Virus record (IMG/VR): IMGVR_UViG_3300033148_006706
Location: 32,001-96,000 of that record
DNA: 64,000 bases
From: a virus
Strand: one strand, 5' to 3'
The notes under the pieces are model-generated. The model was not told where the DNA came from. It was given only the letters and a program-made list of their open reading frames with translations, and did no database searches. The translations under genes were made by a program, and so were the position numbers. Below, piece after piece: positions 50,005 to 59,238 of the stretch (position 1 is its first letter; the number at the start of each line of letters is the position of its first letter).

Positions 50005-51164
50005 CTTTTAACTTGCTCACGTACTTTATATTTTTCTCTTTTGCGTATTATTGGAATACTTCTTATTTTATTAATATACTTTAATAGAGCTGCTTTAAAA
50101 TATTTTTCATTAAATGAATATCCAACCCTTGATTTTTCAATATCTAAAACCGTATCTAACAATTTATTATAGTTTACGTTATTTACTATCTTAACAAATT
50201 CCTCCTCTTTAAATTCTTCAGGTAGTTTATTTAACTGATTAAATACACCAGCATCGACAAGATATTTATACATAAGATTATAAAGATATTCGTTTTCAAA
50301 TAAAGGGCTCTCTATTAAATTAAAAATACTATCTACTTTTTCGGCATTAAGTAAATTATGTATAAATTCAAACTGATTAGACTGATTCATAATACCCAAT
50401 TCTTTCTGTACTTCTTCTACAGTATATAACTCCCCTTCCATTACTCTATCAAGCATTTGTAAAGCATTACGATACGAACCAAGAGCATTGTTAGCTATTA
50501 ATAAAAGAATTTCGGGCGCTTCTTCTTCAAAAGTTTTAGGGAATCTTTTATCAGCATATAAAGTATCAACAAGATTGAAAAACACTTCTTTTATATATTT
50601 AAAAATATCTTCATAATTTGCCATGTAAAACTTATAAATTTCATATCGTGTCTTAAGGGCTAAATGAAACTTTTCACTCTCGGTAGTACAAAGAATAATA
50701 TATACGTTCTTACGAGGTTTTTCACTTAATAAAAGCATAGCCCCTTTTGCTTGAGCTGAATTTAACAAGTGTGCTTCATCAATTATTATTACCTTATTCT
50801 TATCAAAGAAAGGAACATAGGATAGCATATCCGATAAACTTTTAACCCCTTCTTTACCTAAATCCGTAGCATCTATATAAGTAGTATCCCGTTTAAACCT
50901 GCCATCGTTTATATCTTTACATGCTTCACATTTATTACAAGGCTCAACACAATCCTTTTTTATAATAGGTTCTTTACAATTGAGAATCTTAGCTATAATA
51001 AATGCCAGTGTGCTTTTACCCGTTCCACTATGACCTAGGAACATCATATAGGAAGGAAAATTATTTTTTAGACTTCTATTTTTAAATTCTTTTACTATTC
51101 TCTTATTGCCTTGCATTTCATCTAAAGTTTTTGGTCTATACTGTATTCCTAGCATATTACTCAT
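50001..51164 (-). CDS. dnaX: DNA polymerase III gamma/tau-like clamp loader subunit
   Basis: YRPK..E..G, GHSGTGKS, PCNKCEAC zinc module, IIDEAH, EKP..ILCTT. Confidence 0.92.
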   Translation of the reverse strand: MSNMLGIQYRPKTLDEMQGNKRIVKEFKNRSLKNNFPSYMMFLGHSGTGKSTLAFIIAKILNCKEPIIKKDCVEPCNKCEACKDINDGRFKRDTTYIDATDLGKEGVKSLSDMLSYVPFFDKNKVIIIDEAHLLNSAQAKGAMLLLSEKPRKNVYIILCTTESEKFHLALKTRYEIYKFYMANYEDIFKYIKEVFFNLVDTLYADKRFPKTFEEEAPEILLLIANNALGSYRNALQMLDRVMEGELYTVEEVQKELGIMNQSNQFEFIHNLLNAEKVDSIFNLIESPLFENEYLYNLMYKYLVDAGVFNQLNKLPEEFKEEEFVKIVNNVNYNKLLDTVLDIEKSRVGYSFNEKYFKAALLKYINKIRSIPIIRKREKYKVREQVKR

Positions 51165-51340
51165 CGTTGCTTTAATCTCCTTATTTTTCTATTTAAAATA
51201 TCACAATATTGTAAAGCTCGAATACTAAGTACATTAATTTGCAATCTCTCACTAATTCTATCTTTATCGTTTCCTTGATTATTAGATGAAAGATATTCAA
51301 TGTTGTTTAATATTTCTATAATTTGTTTCAATTCATTCAT
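51161..51340 (-). CDS. Small hypothetical protein (59 aa, MNELKQIIE..)
   Basis: GGAGG SD; stop overlaps dnaX start (ATGA); just below the ORF-track size range. Confidence 0.65.
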   Translation of the reverse strand: MNELKQIIEILNNIEYLSSNNQGNDKDRISERLQINVLSIRALQYCDILNRKIRRLKQR

Positions 51341-51356
51341 TATACCGCCTCCATTT

Positions 51357-51395
51357 AAAAAATGGAGCCGAGCGATATATTTACCACTCAGCTCC
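51357..51395 (-). terminator. Rho-independent terminator after rIIB
   Basis: GGAGCTGAGTGGT-AAATAT-ATCGCTCGGCTCC 13-bp stem (with G-U pairs) followed by A then T run. Confidence 0.8.
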
Positions 51396-51404
51396 TGACG
51401 ATGA

Positions 51405-52619
51405 TTAGGAGGATTTATCTACTCTCTCAACCGAAGGGGCTAAGAGTTCTGGAACTGACAATTTTTTTCCATTCTTTTCGATACAAGCCACTAAATATCT
51501 TTTATATGATGTGGCCTGTTTATGACGTACACCATTCCTTATACGATAATTTTCCATAAATTCCATATTCTCAATTCTGTTAATTGCGTCATCTACTGTC
51601 TCATTGGCCTCGATAGTTGTTAGAATATATCCTTTATAATCATTATTAATATGTTGCCAATTTGCTTTTCGATATAATACTGAAAAATTTTCTAAATATT
51701 TTACTCCATCGTTTTCAGTAAGCCCATATTCATTTTCTAACCAATAATTGTAATAATCTTCTTTTTCTTCATATTCCTCCTCTCTATCTGCATCATCATC
51801 ATATATAAGATAATCACCATCAGATACAAAATAATCTTTAATTTTAGTATTTTTCCAATCTTCGATAATCTTCACTACTTCATACTTACATACTCTCATT
51901 TTAGCATTATTATAGTCTGCTGGTACAGTTACTACATCCTTTGGATTAACTTTTACTAATACAGTTACATCCCTTTCCGATTCTAATGTACCGTAGTAAA
52001 GCAAATAATTATAACTACATACATGAAAGCCATAAGAACATGTCATATATCTATCAGGATCAACTTTGTCCCTATCCATTTCAATTATTTCACCTGGAGA
52101 ATTATTTATACTCCTGGTATAAATGTCAACCAATATGCCCTCTTCATTCCTTATTACTTTCTTATAAGCTAAGAAACATCCATCCTCAGTAATTGGTAAA
52201 TTGTTGTGTTCTAAAAACAAATACAATTCGTTTACACTTTGTGGAGAGGGATTTTCCATCATGTTTTCAATAAACTTTACAATACTCTTCCAATCTCCTT
52301 GTTGATCAATAACTTCTTCAAGTCTGTCAACAATAGCGGATCTTATCACTGTATCTTTATACTTGATAAGCCCATTTTCAATGGTGATTGGACTATCTTT
52401 CAGATAATTTTCAAATTTTACTTTTCTGTCCAGTAGTTTCTTAAGACTTTGAACTAAACGACTAACGGAATCCTCATCCTCCCATTGATCAAAAGCAAGT
52501 AGCATGTGACTTACTGGCTTGTAGTTATCTTCGGTAGAATGAACAGCATAAGATACACCGTCCATATACAACTGAATTTCATCCTTTGTCATAAAAAACT
52601 GCAATCTGTTCTTATTCAT
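51405..52619 (-). CDS. rIIB: RIIB lysis-inhibition/membrane protein
   Basis: ENPS..ELY.FL..LPITEDGCFLAYK..M.R..V..CS.G.H..VKVNP.DVV.VP.DY..K.RVC.Y. Confidence 0.93.
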   Translation of the reverse strand: MNKNRLQFFMTKDEIQLYMDGVSYAVHSTEDNYKPVSHMLLAFDQWEDEDSVSRLVQSLKKLLDRKVKFENYLKDSPITIENGLIKYKDTVIRSAIVDRLEEVIDQQGDWKSIVKFIENMMENPSPQSVNELYLFLEHNNLPITEDGCFLAYKKVIRNEEGILVDIYTRSINNSPGEIIEMDRDKVDPDRYMTCSYGFHVCSYNYLLYYGTLESERDVTVLVKVNPKDVVTVPADYNNAKMRVCKYEVVKIIEDWKNTKIKDYFVSDGDYLIYDDDADREEEYEEKEDYYNYWLENEYGLTENDGVKYLENFSVLYRKANWQHINNDYKGYILTTIEANETVDDAINRIENMEFMENYRIRNGVRHKQATSYKRYLVACIEKNGKKLSVPELLAPSVERVDKSS

Positions 52620-52653
52620 TTTATTTATCCTCCTAATATATAATATATATTTT

Positions 52654-54891
52654 TTATTGATAGTTTTTAAGTAAATCTATCAATATCTTCACATTTTCTT
52701 CTTTTATTCCTACTCCATAATAGTCCTCTATTGAATCCTTGTCCACTATTTTTAATATCGGGTATTTATCTTCTACCTTTTTAAGCAAATCGCTTGTTTT
52801 TATAAACATTTCCGATAATTTTTTATTATTTAATACATCAAATTCATCTACAGAATATTCAAAATCGTATATTATTTTTTTCAAATTCTTTAAATCCCTC
52901 TCAATTTCCGGTATACTACCTTTTCCTTTTTTTCTATTAATTAACTCTTTCACATCTTTGTCACTCTCAAATACTTTTTTATCACAATCGTCAACTATCT
53001 CTAGTATAGTTACAAGTTTTCTTTCAATATATGATAAGGATTTATCATGATGCATTAAAAAACTTGTATATCCATATTGTTTTATAGCTTTAGAGCTATT
53101 AAATTTTTCTTTCAATAATACTTCTATTGATTTAAAGAATGGTTTGAATTTTGTTAATTTTTTAAATCTTTTCGTGTTAATTTCGTATCCATTAATTACA
53201 AATATTGGAATACTGTCATTAAGCACTTCAAGACTTTTCAAAATATCTAATTTTAAATTAGGAACTCTTCTATTTTCATCTCTAACATCTTTATACGAAT
53301 TTCTATATCTTATTACATAGTATAACTGTGAATTATTCTTGTATATATCACTTTCTAGCAATTCTTTATATGTAAAACTTTTATTTATGCCATCGCAGTT
53401 ATGTAAAATAGTATAAAATCTATTACTATCTTTATTTTCTGTAGCAGAAGAGTCTGTTTTACTTCTCTCTCTACCTGGTTTTCTTATATATTTAAGTTCA
53501 CTTATCTTATTTAGCTCTCCATCAACTCCCAATTTTTGAATATAATCTTCTGGAATGACTAATGCATGAAAGTTATATTGTCTCATGTTTTGTTTTAATT
53601 TGTATATTCCGCTATTTGGATTATTTTCATCATTTATAAAAATTTTTGTCTTAGGAGACCCGATTTCACTATAAGAAATAAATGAATTTAAAACAGATGA
53701 TTTTAAAACTACTCTATCTTCATAAGTATCATAAAAAGAACCTTTTTTTTGAACTTTAAAAAATTTTATTTTCTTTCTATCATCACTATTATCTATTTCC
53801 AATGCCTTTTGTAAAGGTTTTCCTTTATACCAAACGTTTCTATTAATAAAATCACGAAAAAAATCAACTTTAGAAACGATAGTATAGTAACTTCTAATCA
53901 CTTCTAACAATGTCTTATTATCACTGAAATATTCTTCTTGAATTTCATCTTGAACTTTCTTTACAATTTCTTTTAATTTTAATATAAGATTATTTACAGT
54001 TCGTGTATCTAATGAAAGCGCCTCCCTACTTGGGGCAATATCAAGCTTACCAATTGGAAATTCTATCACTATAAGTAAACTACGAAGAAAATGCGTAATG
54101 ATAGTCTTAAGCTCATTGTTTAAAAGATTGCTATCAGATATCAACCCCGATTTTGATAACGAATCAACTCTATATTCAACGTTCCCTTGCACAGCAATAA
54201 GACCGTTGTTATATCGTCCTTTATATATTCTCCAATCACTTCCTTTAAATATAGCATCTTTAGGGTATTCAAGTGGAGCAAAATCACCTTCTCCACCTAT
54301 AACTCTTGGCTTAATCCGAAAGGGGCGAAATACTTCTTTAGCGTTTGCCTCCCACATGTAAAAGTCTCCCTTATCTACTTCAACTTGTACTTTAACTCCA
54401 TTATGCTCAGAAGTACTCATCTCTGTTACTTTTGAAATACAAGGAATGTTTTCCTCATTAAGATAACAGGCATAGATTTTCTTTTCCCCATTATATACCG
54501 ACTCAACAGTAAAGGATTCCTTATACGCAAAAGGAGATTTACTCCCCAAACCCAAGACACCCACAAAGTCATTGCTTTCAGTTTTATCGCTTCCAAAATA
54601 GCTACTGTATAACGATAAAACTTTTTCCTCACTCATTCCTGTACCATAGTCTTTAACATAGAAGTATGGTTCAAGGGAATTAGGAAGATGCACTTCAAAT
54701 GGTTCTCTTTCTTTACCTGCCTCTACATGTGAATCGTATGCATTGGTAGAGAGCTCACGAATAACAGCCTTTATTTTATTTGTATATAATTTATCTGAGA
54801 GAATTTGAAAAGCTTTTGGACTGGCAGTGATAGAAAAATTCTGCCCTTGGAGATTAGTTTTTACATTCTTTTTCTTAATCACTAATTGCAT
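52654..54891 (-). CDS. rIIA: RIIA protein (N-terminal GHKL ATPase)
   Basis: LY..KI.AVIRELSTNAYDSH, DYGTG, GLGSKSPFAY, SRE.LS; adjacent to rIIB. Confidence 0.93.
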   Translation of the reverse strand: MQLVIKKKNVKTNLQGQNFSITASPKAFQILSDKLYTNKIKAVIRELSTNAYDSHVEAGKEREPFEVHLPNSLEPYFYVKDYGTGMSEEKVLSLYSSYFGSDKTESNDFVGVLGLGSKSPFAYKESFTVESVYNGEKKIYACYLNEENIPCISKVTEMSTSEHNGVKVQVEVDKGDFYMWEANAKEVFRPFRIKPRVIGGEGDFAPLEYPKDAIFKGSDWRIYKGRYNNGLIAVQGNVEYRVDSLSKSGLISDSNLLNNELKTIITHFLRSLLIVIEFPIGKLDIAPSREALSLDTRTVNNLILKLKEIVKKVQDEIQEEYFSDNKTLLEVIRSYYTIVSKVDFFRDFINRNVWYKGKPLQKALEIDNSDDRKKIKFFKVQKKGSFYDTYEDRVVLKSSVLNSFISYSEIGSPKTKIFINDENNPNSGIYKLKQNMRQYNFHALVIPEDYIQKLGVDGELNKISELKYIRKPGRERSKTDSSATENKDSNRFYTILHNCDGINKSFTYKELLESDIYKNNSQLYYVIRYRNSYKDVRDENRRVPNLKLDILKSLEVLNDSIPIFVINGYEINTKRFKKLTKFKPFFKSIEVLLKEKFNSSKAIKQYGYTSFLMHHDKSLSYIERKLVTILEIVDDCDKKVFESDKDVKELINRKKGKGSIPEIERDLKNLKKIIYDFEYSVDEFDVLNNKKLSEMFIKTSDLLKKVEDKYPILKIVDKDSIEDYYGVGIKEENVKILIDLLKNYQ

Positions 54892-54975
54892 TTTAAGTCC
54901 CTCCTAATCATTTATTGTTATCTATTAATAATATATAAATTTTTGCCAATTTTTTTAAATTTTTTTTTAAAAAAT

Positions 54976-55956
54976 TTATTTTTTTAAACGCCGTCTTATT
55001 TTCTTTTCTATTCTTCCTGGCACATCTCCTACATAATCTTTCTCAATTTCCCTCACAATTTCTTTTTCTACCGTAGATTCTTCATTTTTTATAATAGGAG
55101 AGGATTCTATTTTTTCCCTTTTAGGTTCTGCTAGAGCAGCAGGTTTCAGTTTTACACGTTTCTCATCTTTTTTACTTTTCTTTTTAATCCCTTTATTTTT
55201 TCTTTTATCGCTATTATAAAACTCTATTGATACATTACCCGCTACCATAAGCAGTACAGCAAAGGGGTCAAATACAACACATAGAAGAATAATAAGAACA
55301 CGAGCTGCATTATCATAAAAATCTTGCGCATTTTTTTCTCCATAAATAATCATTGCTATATATTTAACTGGGCCTACGTTCACTTCATAAGACTCCTTTT
55401 CATTTTTTAACTTATAAATTTGATCTTGATACTGAGCAATATTATCTTCTGCTTGTTTAATACGATTTCTTAATTCAATTCTTTCGCTTTCCTGTTCCTC
55501 TCTTTTTTTCAAAGCTATCGTTATAACATTTAAATCAATATAACTTTGTAAAGCGTCATCTAATAAATTAATATCTTTTTGAGCTCGATCTATTTCTCTC
55601 CGTTCACGTTTAATTAAGTTTTCAAGTCTTTCTATTTCATTATCATATCGGATTGCTACAACTCTTTGTCCTACATAAGCTTTTGACAAATATCCAAAAA
55701 TCCCAATAGTTGAAATAATAATAAGAATAATAATAGCAATAAAGAAATAAACTTTGATAAGATTTTTAGATTTTTTCCATGTACTATAGAGCCAGAGAGT
55801 GGCAGATATTTTAGCCAACTCCATAGAGGCGCCCATTATCGTAACTCCCCATAAAGCGCCGCTAAATATGGTGCGTATACCTGTAATAGAGAAAATTGCT
55901 GATATAATAGAAAGAACAACAGCAGATATTATTGAGAGAATCCCTATTATAGGCAT
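54976..55956 (-). CDS. Multi-TM + coiled-coil membrane protein
   Basis: FSI.G..F..MELAK..STIGIFGYLSKA..VGP.KY.A..VFDP.AV motifs; preceded by late motif. Confidence 0.8.
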   Translation of the reverse strand: MPIIGILSIISAVVLSIISAIFSITGIRTIFSGALWGVTIMGASMELAKISATLWLYSTWKKSKNLIKVYFFIAIIILIIISTIGIFGYLSKAYVGQRVVAIRYDNEIERLENLIKRERREIDRAQKDINLLDDALQSYIDLNVITIALKKREEQESERIELRNRIKQAEDNIAQYQDQIYKLKNEKESYEVNVGPVKYIAMIIYGEKNAQDFYDNAARVLIILLCVVFDPFAVLLMVAGNVSIEFYNSDKRKNKGIKKKSKKDEKRVKLKPAALAEPKREKIESSPIIKNEESTVEKEIVREIEKDYVGDVPGRIEKKIRRRLKK

Positions 55957-55970
55957 AATATATTAGTTAA
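55957..55970 (-). promoter_or_regulatory. Putative late promoter variant TTAACTAATATATT (leaderless)
   Basis: Same offset to ATG as at 22021, 46531 and 62211. Confidence 0.55.
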
Positions 55971-55978
55971 CGGAGGTT

Positions 55979-56434
55979 TTAAAAAGTCTCTATGACATCA
56001 ATTTCTCGTATCTTCTCCTCCAATTTCTCTCGTAATATATTCTTACTTTTGCGATAACTTGTATCTCTAGAATCGATATAATAAAGTAACTCATATATCT
56101 GCTCACCTGTCAGCTCGATAAATATATCATGTGGTTGCATCAACAATTTTAAAGTATCTCGGCTAACGAGTCTAAAATCATTTCTTTTACAAGGGCCTAG
56201 AAATCCTAAATCTCCATTTAGAATATCCACCCCCATAAACCCTTCTTCTTCTGAAATATTCAATGCCGGATTTTCAGTCCACACTACACGACCTATAATT
56301 TCTCCGTTTGTAACTATGTCTCCAGTTTTAAATTGAATATGAGGGGTCTTTTTATACTCTTCGATTTGTTTTCTTTTATATTCCTCTTCTAATTTATCTA
56401 TAGCATCTCTTAATTTTTGAAAAATTTCTTCCAT
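55979..56434 (-). CDS. Hypothetical protein (gene B)
   Basis: AGGAG SD. Confidence 0.8.
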   Translation of the reverse strand: MEEIFQKLRDAIDKLEEEYKRKQIEEYKKTPHIQFKTGDIVTNGEIIGRVVWTENPALNISEEEGFMGVDILNGDLGFLGPCKRNDFRLVSRDTLKLLMQPHDIFIELTGEQIYELLYYIDSRDTSYRKSKNILREKLEEKIREIDVIETF

Positions 56435-56700
56435 ATTTTACTCCTGTTTTTAATTTTTATTTTTCTTTCTAATCGTTCTTGAAATCCGATAAGAGCTAAA
56501 GCAAATTCCAGCACAAAATATTCTCTTGCAATATCTGTGTTACTATAAAACCGTTCTCCTAATATCCGATTATTAATAGCTTCGGTGATTTGATTAATAT
56601 CCTGAATGAATGCGATTTCATTATCTTCTGACAATTCCTGTAAAAATGAAAAACCAACAGTAAACAATACCATTAGAATTTCACATATAATCTTTTGCAT
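56410..56700 (-). pseudogene. Truncated duplicate of 56784-57194
   Basis: Near-identical to first ~76 codons of the upstream gene, then runs into intergenic DNA. Confidence 0.75.
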
Positions 56701-56761
56701 ATTTATACTCCCCTTCTAATTTGTCTATAGCATCTCTTAATCTTTGAAAAATTTCTTCCAT
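56681..56761 (-). pseudogene. 5' fragment duplicate of gene B (MEEIFQRLRDAIDKLEGEYK..)
   Basis: Near-identical to start of 55979-56434. Confidence 0.75.
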
Positions 56762-56783
56762 ATTTTACTCCTGTTTTTAATTT

Positions 56784-57194
56784 TTATTCCCCTTCCCAAA
56801 CTTTCTCTTTTAATACCTCTTTAAGAGTTACATTATGCCAATTAATATTTTCTTTCCTATACTCATCGAAAAGGTATTCTACCATGTAGCCCAATATTCT
56901 TGATATTTTAATATCGTTTATCATTTCGATTTTATTTTCCTCACTTAAAAAACCGTAATTATCAATTCGTTCTTGAAATTCAATAAGAGCTAAAGCAAAT
57001 CCCAGCACAAAATATTCTCTTGCAATATCTGTGCTACTATAAAACCGTTCTCCTAATATCCGATTATTAATAGCTTCGGTGATTTGATTAATATCCTGAA
57101 TGAATGCGATTTCATCATCTTCTGACAATTCTTGTGAAAATGAAAAACCAACAATAAACAATACCATTAGAATTACACACATAATCTTTTTCAT
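56784..57194 (-). CDS. Secreted hypothetical protein (gene A)
   Basis: Signal peptide MKKIMCVILMVLFIVGFSFS-QE; AGGAG SD. Confidence 0.8.
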   Translation of the reverse strand: MKKIMCVILMVLFIVGFSFSQELSEDDEIAFIQDINQITEAINNRILGERFYSSTDIAREYFVLGFALALIEFQERIDNYGFLSEENKIEMINDIKISRILGYMVEYLFDEYRKENINWHNVTLKEVLKEKVWEGE

Positions 57195-57221
57195 ATTTAT
57201 ACTCCTTTGTCTTTAAATTTT

Positions 57222-57407
57222 TTATAAGTTTTCTATATTGATCAATTCTCCATGCTCAGCATTAAAATCAAATCTTCTTCCTTCTGCATAGATACTATTA
57301 TCAATAATTTTAAAATTGCTGTTTAACAGCACAAATAAGGCTTTAAATTTTTCAAAGTCATTACTTAAACCGCTAATTTTAATAATTTCACTTGGTACTC
57401 TCATCAT
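57222..57407 (-). CDS. Small hypothetical protein
   Basis: GGGGG SD; ATGA overlap. Confidence 0.65.
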   Translation of the reverse strand: MMRVPSEIIKISGLSNDFEKFKALFVLLNSNFKIIDNSIYAEGRRFDFNAEHGELINIENL

Positions 57408-57616
57408 ATTACCCCCTTACTATCATTTATTTGAAATTTACCACAATAATCTTCCGCTCCGTATGTTACAGGAAACCGCTCGGGATTTCTTGTAACATTT
57501 GATATCGTAACAGATATCGCAGGAGGATTAAACCTGCATTCTCCTATTTTCTTATTATTTAATTTTTGTTTCCAATATAAACAATCTTTACATGTATACC
57601 TGCTCATAAATTTCAC
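57404..57616 (-). CDS. Small Cys-rich protein
   Basis: CKDC..W..G.CR..PP..P....YCG.F motif. Confidence 0.7.
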   Translation of the reverse strand: MKFMSRYTCKDCLYWKQKLNNKKIGECRFNPPAISVTISNVTRNPERFPVTYGAEDYCGKFQINDSKGVI

Positions 57617-58245
57617 ACCCCCATTACTTTTTTAAGAGTTTCTTCAACATTATTTCCGGGAATTACTCTATTAAAATTATACTTTTGAGACAAATACTCG
57701 TATGCAATTCTTACTCTTTGAATAGATTCTGTATCCATGTTTTCGTATATATCATTTACGTTTTTTTCTTCTTTTATATCAGCAATTTGAAAAGGGAAAT
57801 AAAATACCATATCAGGTTCAAGATTCAGAACTGATATTTTACTTAAAAAGTATGAAAGTTGTAAATCTTTATCCAGATCATATTTATATATAATTTGCTT
57901 CCCATACAATTGATAAGCAAATGTACTATACCACCACCGGTCACAAATTACGGTTTTCCCATCTTTTAAAGCGGGCAATACTATCTTAGTGACATGCTCT
58001 ACTTTATCAGCAAGAAATAGAAAAAAATTTGTTAAATCATGAATTTGCCAACGCTTATCCTTGCATAAACTCCTAAGCAAGGGGGCTAAAATACCATAAT
58101 TATCATCCCCAGGTTGAAATGTAAATATCGCTTTAATTCCTGTATTATTTAAATATTTTACCATCGCTCTAGCAACAGATGTCTTGCCTGTTTTATCTAT
58201 TCCCTCGAATACTATTAGCTTATTTCTAAATTTATCTAGTTTCAT
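57613..58245 (-). CDS. tmk: Thymidylate (dTMP) kinase
   Basis: IVFEGIDKTGKTS P-loop; LFLAD; ICDRWWYSTFAYQ; PD. Confidence 0.93.
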   Translation of the reverse strand: MKLDKFRNKLIVFEGIDKTGKTSVARAMVKYLNNTGIKAIFTFQPGDDNYGILAPLLRSLCKDKRWQIHDLTNFFLFLADKVEHVTKIVLPALKDGKTVICDRWWYSTFAYQLYGKQIIYKYDLDKDLQLSYFLSKISVLNLEPDMVFYFPFQIADIKEEKNVNDIYENMDTESIQRVRIAYEYLSQKYNFNRVIPGNNVEETLKKVMGV

Positions 58246-58292
58246 CTATATTATTCCCCGTCTTTAAAAATGGCGCTATTCTTTAATAATAA

Positions 58293-58309
58293 TAATATAT
58301 ACTTTTTTT
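58293..58309 (-). promoter_or_regulatory. Putative early/middle promoter element AAAAAAAGTATATATTA
   Basis: Exact copy at 5138-5154. Confidence 0.45.
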
Positions 58310-58317
58310 AAAAAAAT

Positions 58318-59238
58318 TTAAACTAAGAAGTCAGGATATCCTCTGACAAAACATATTCTATCTAAACCAAATTCATCTATTATTTCCTGAAATCGCCTTC
58401 TAAAGGATACGCCACTTTTATACTTTGTGTATAGATCGCCTCCTCCGAAATCAAACCCTGATAAAAATATTTTGTCAAAACCTTCATACAATGCCTGTAA
58501 AATCCAAAAATACCCCGTATTACCTTTTCTATCATTATAGTAAAATACATTATTCCCTCTTGTACTATATAAACTAAACTTTTTACTTTTATAATTTTGT
58601 ATTTCTCTAAAAAGTTTCTTATCCAATACTCCAATACGAGTAAATGGCAAATCTTCTTTATATGCATGGTTACACCCCCATAGCTCGCCTTTCCAATTTT
58701 GTATAAAAGAAATATCAGGCTCCTCTGTCCTGGTTACCCCGTTACCTAAAATGAGCACCTTATTAGAGAAATCATTATATATGGTTTCCCCATACAATTT
58801 TACTTCTTCTTGTATAATTCCATCATAATCATTCTCTATAAAATATATATTATCACTAAAATTAAAATCATGAGATAGCTTCTGTAAATCCCGTATCCAG
58901 TTAGCTTTATTCTTCTTTTCGTGATTGGTTCTTCCTAGGTTAATTCCGCAAATATAGATATTCTTATATTCCTCGGTTAATGCATGATAAATGGCAAAAG
59001 AAAATAAATTGAGATTAGAACCATCCGTATTACATAATATATCAAAATTTTTACCAAATTCTCTTTTATACTCCTGCGCTTTAAACAAGCCAAGATTATC
59101 TACAAATATTTTACTAAATTGAATTGATTTATCTAGAAAACGAAAATTGAATCCCCATATTTCCTCTTTCCATTCTTTAACAAATTGTTTAGATTCTTTA
59201 CATAGATTATCGTTGCCGAGAATTAGGATACTTTTCAT
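58318..59238 (-). CDS. Double-domain sialyltransferase-like (CstII/GT42-Maf-type fold) protein 3
   Basis: C-domain LGNGVTR..WGCNHAY..TG..QALYEG..LSGFDFGG; N-domain degenerate. Confidence 0.7.
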   Translation of the reverse strand: MKSILILGNDNLCKESKQFVKEWKEEIWGFNFRFLDKSIQFSKIFVDNLGLFKAQEYKREFGKNFDILCNTDGSNLNLFSFAIYHALTEEYKNIYICGINLGRTNHEKKNKANWIRDLQKLSHDFNFSDNIYFIENDYDGIIQEEVKLYGETIYNDFSNKVLILGNGVTRTEEPDISFIQNWKGELWGCNHAYKEDLPFTRIGVLDKKLFREIQNYKSKKFSLYSTRGNNVFYYNDRKGNTGYFWILQALYEGFDKIFLSGFDFGGGDLYTKYKSGVSFRRRFQEIIDEFGLDRICFVRGYPDFLV

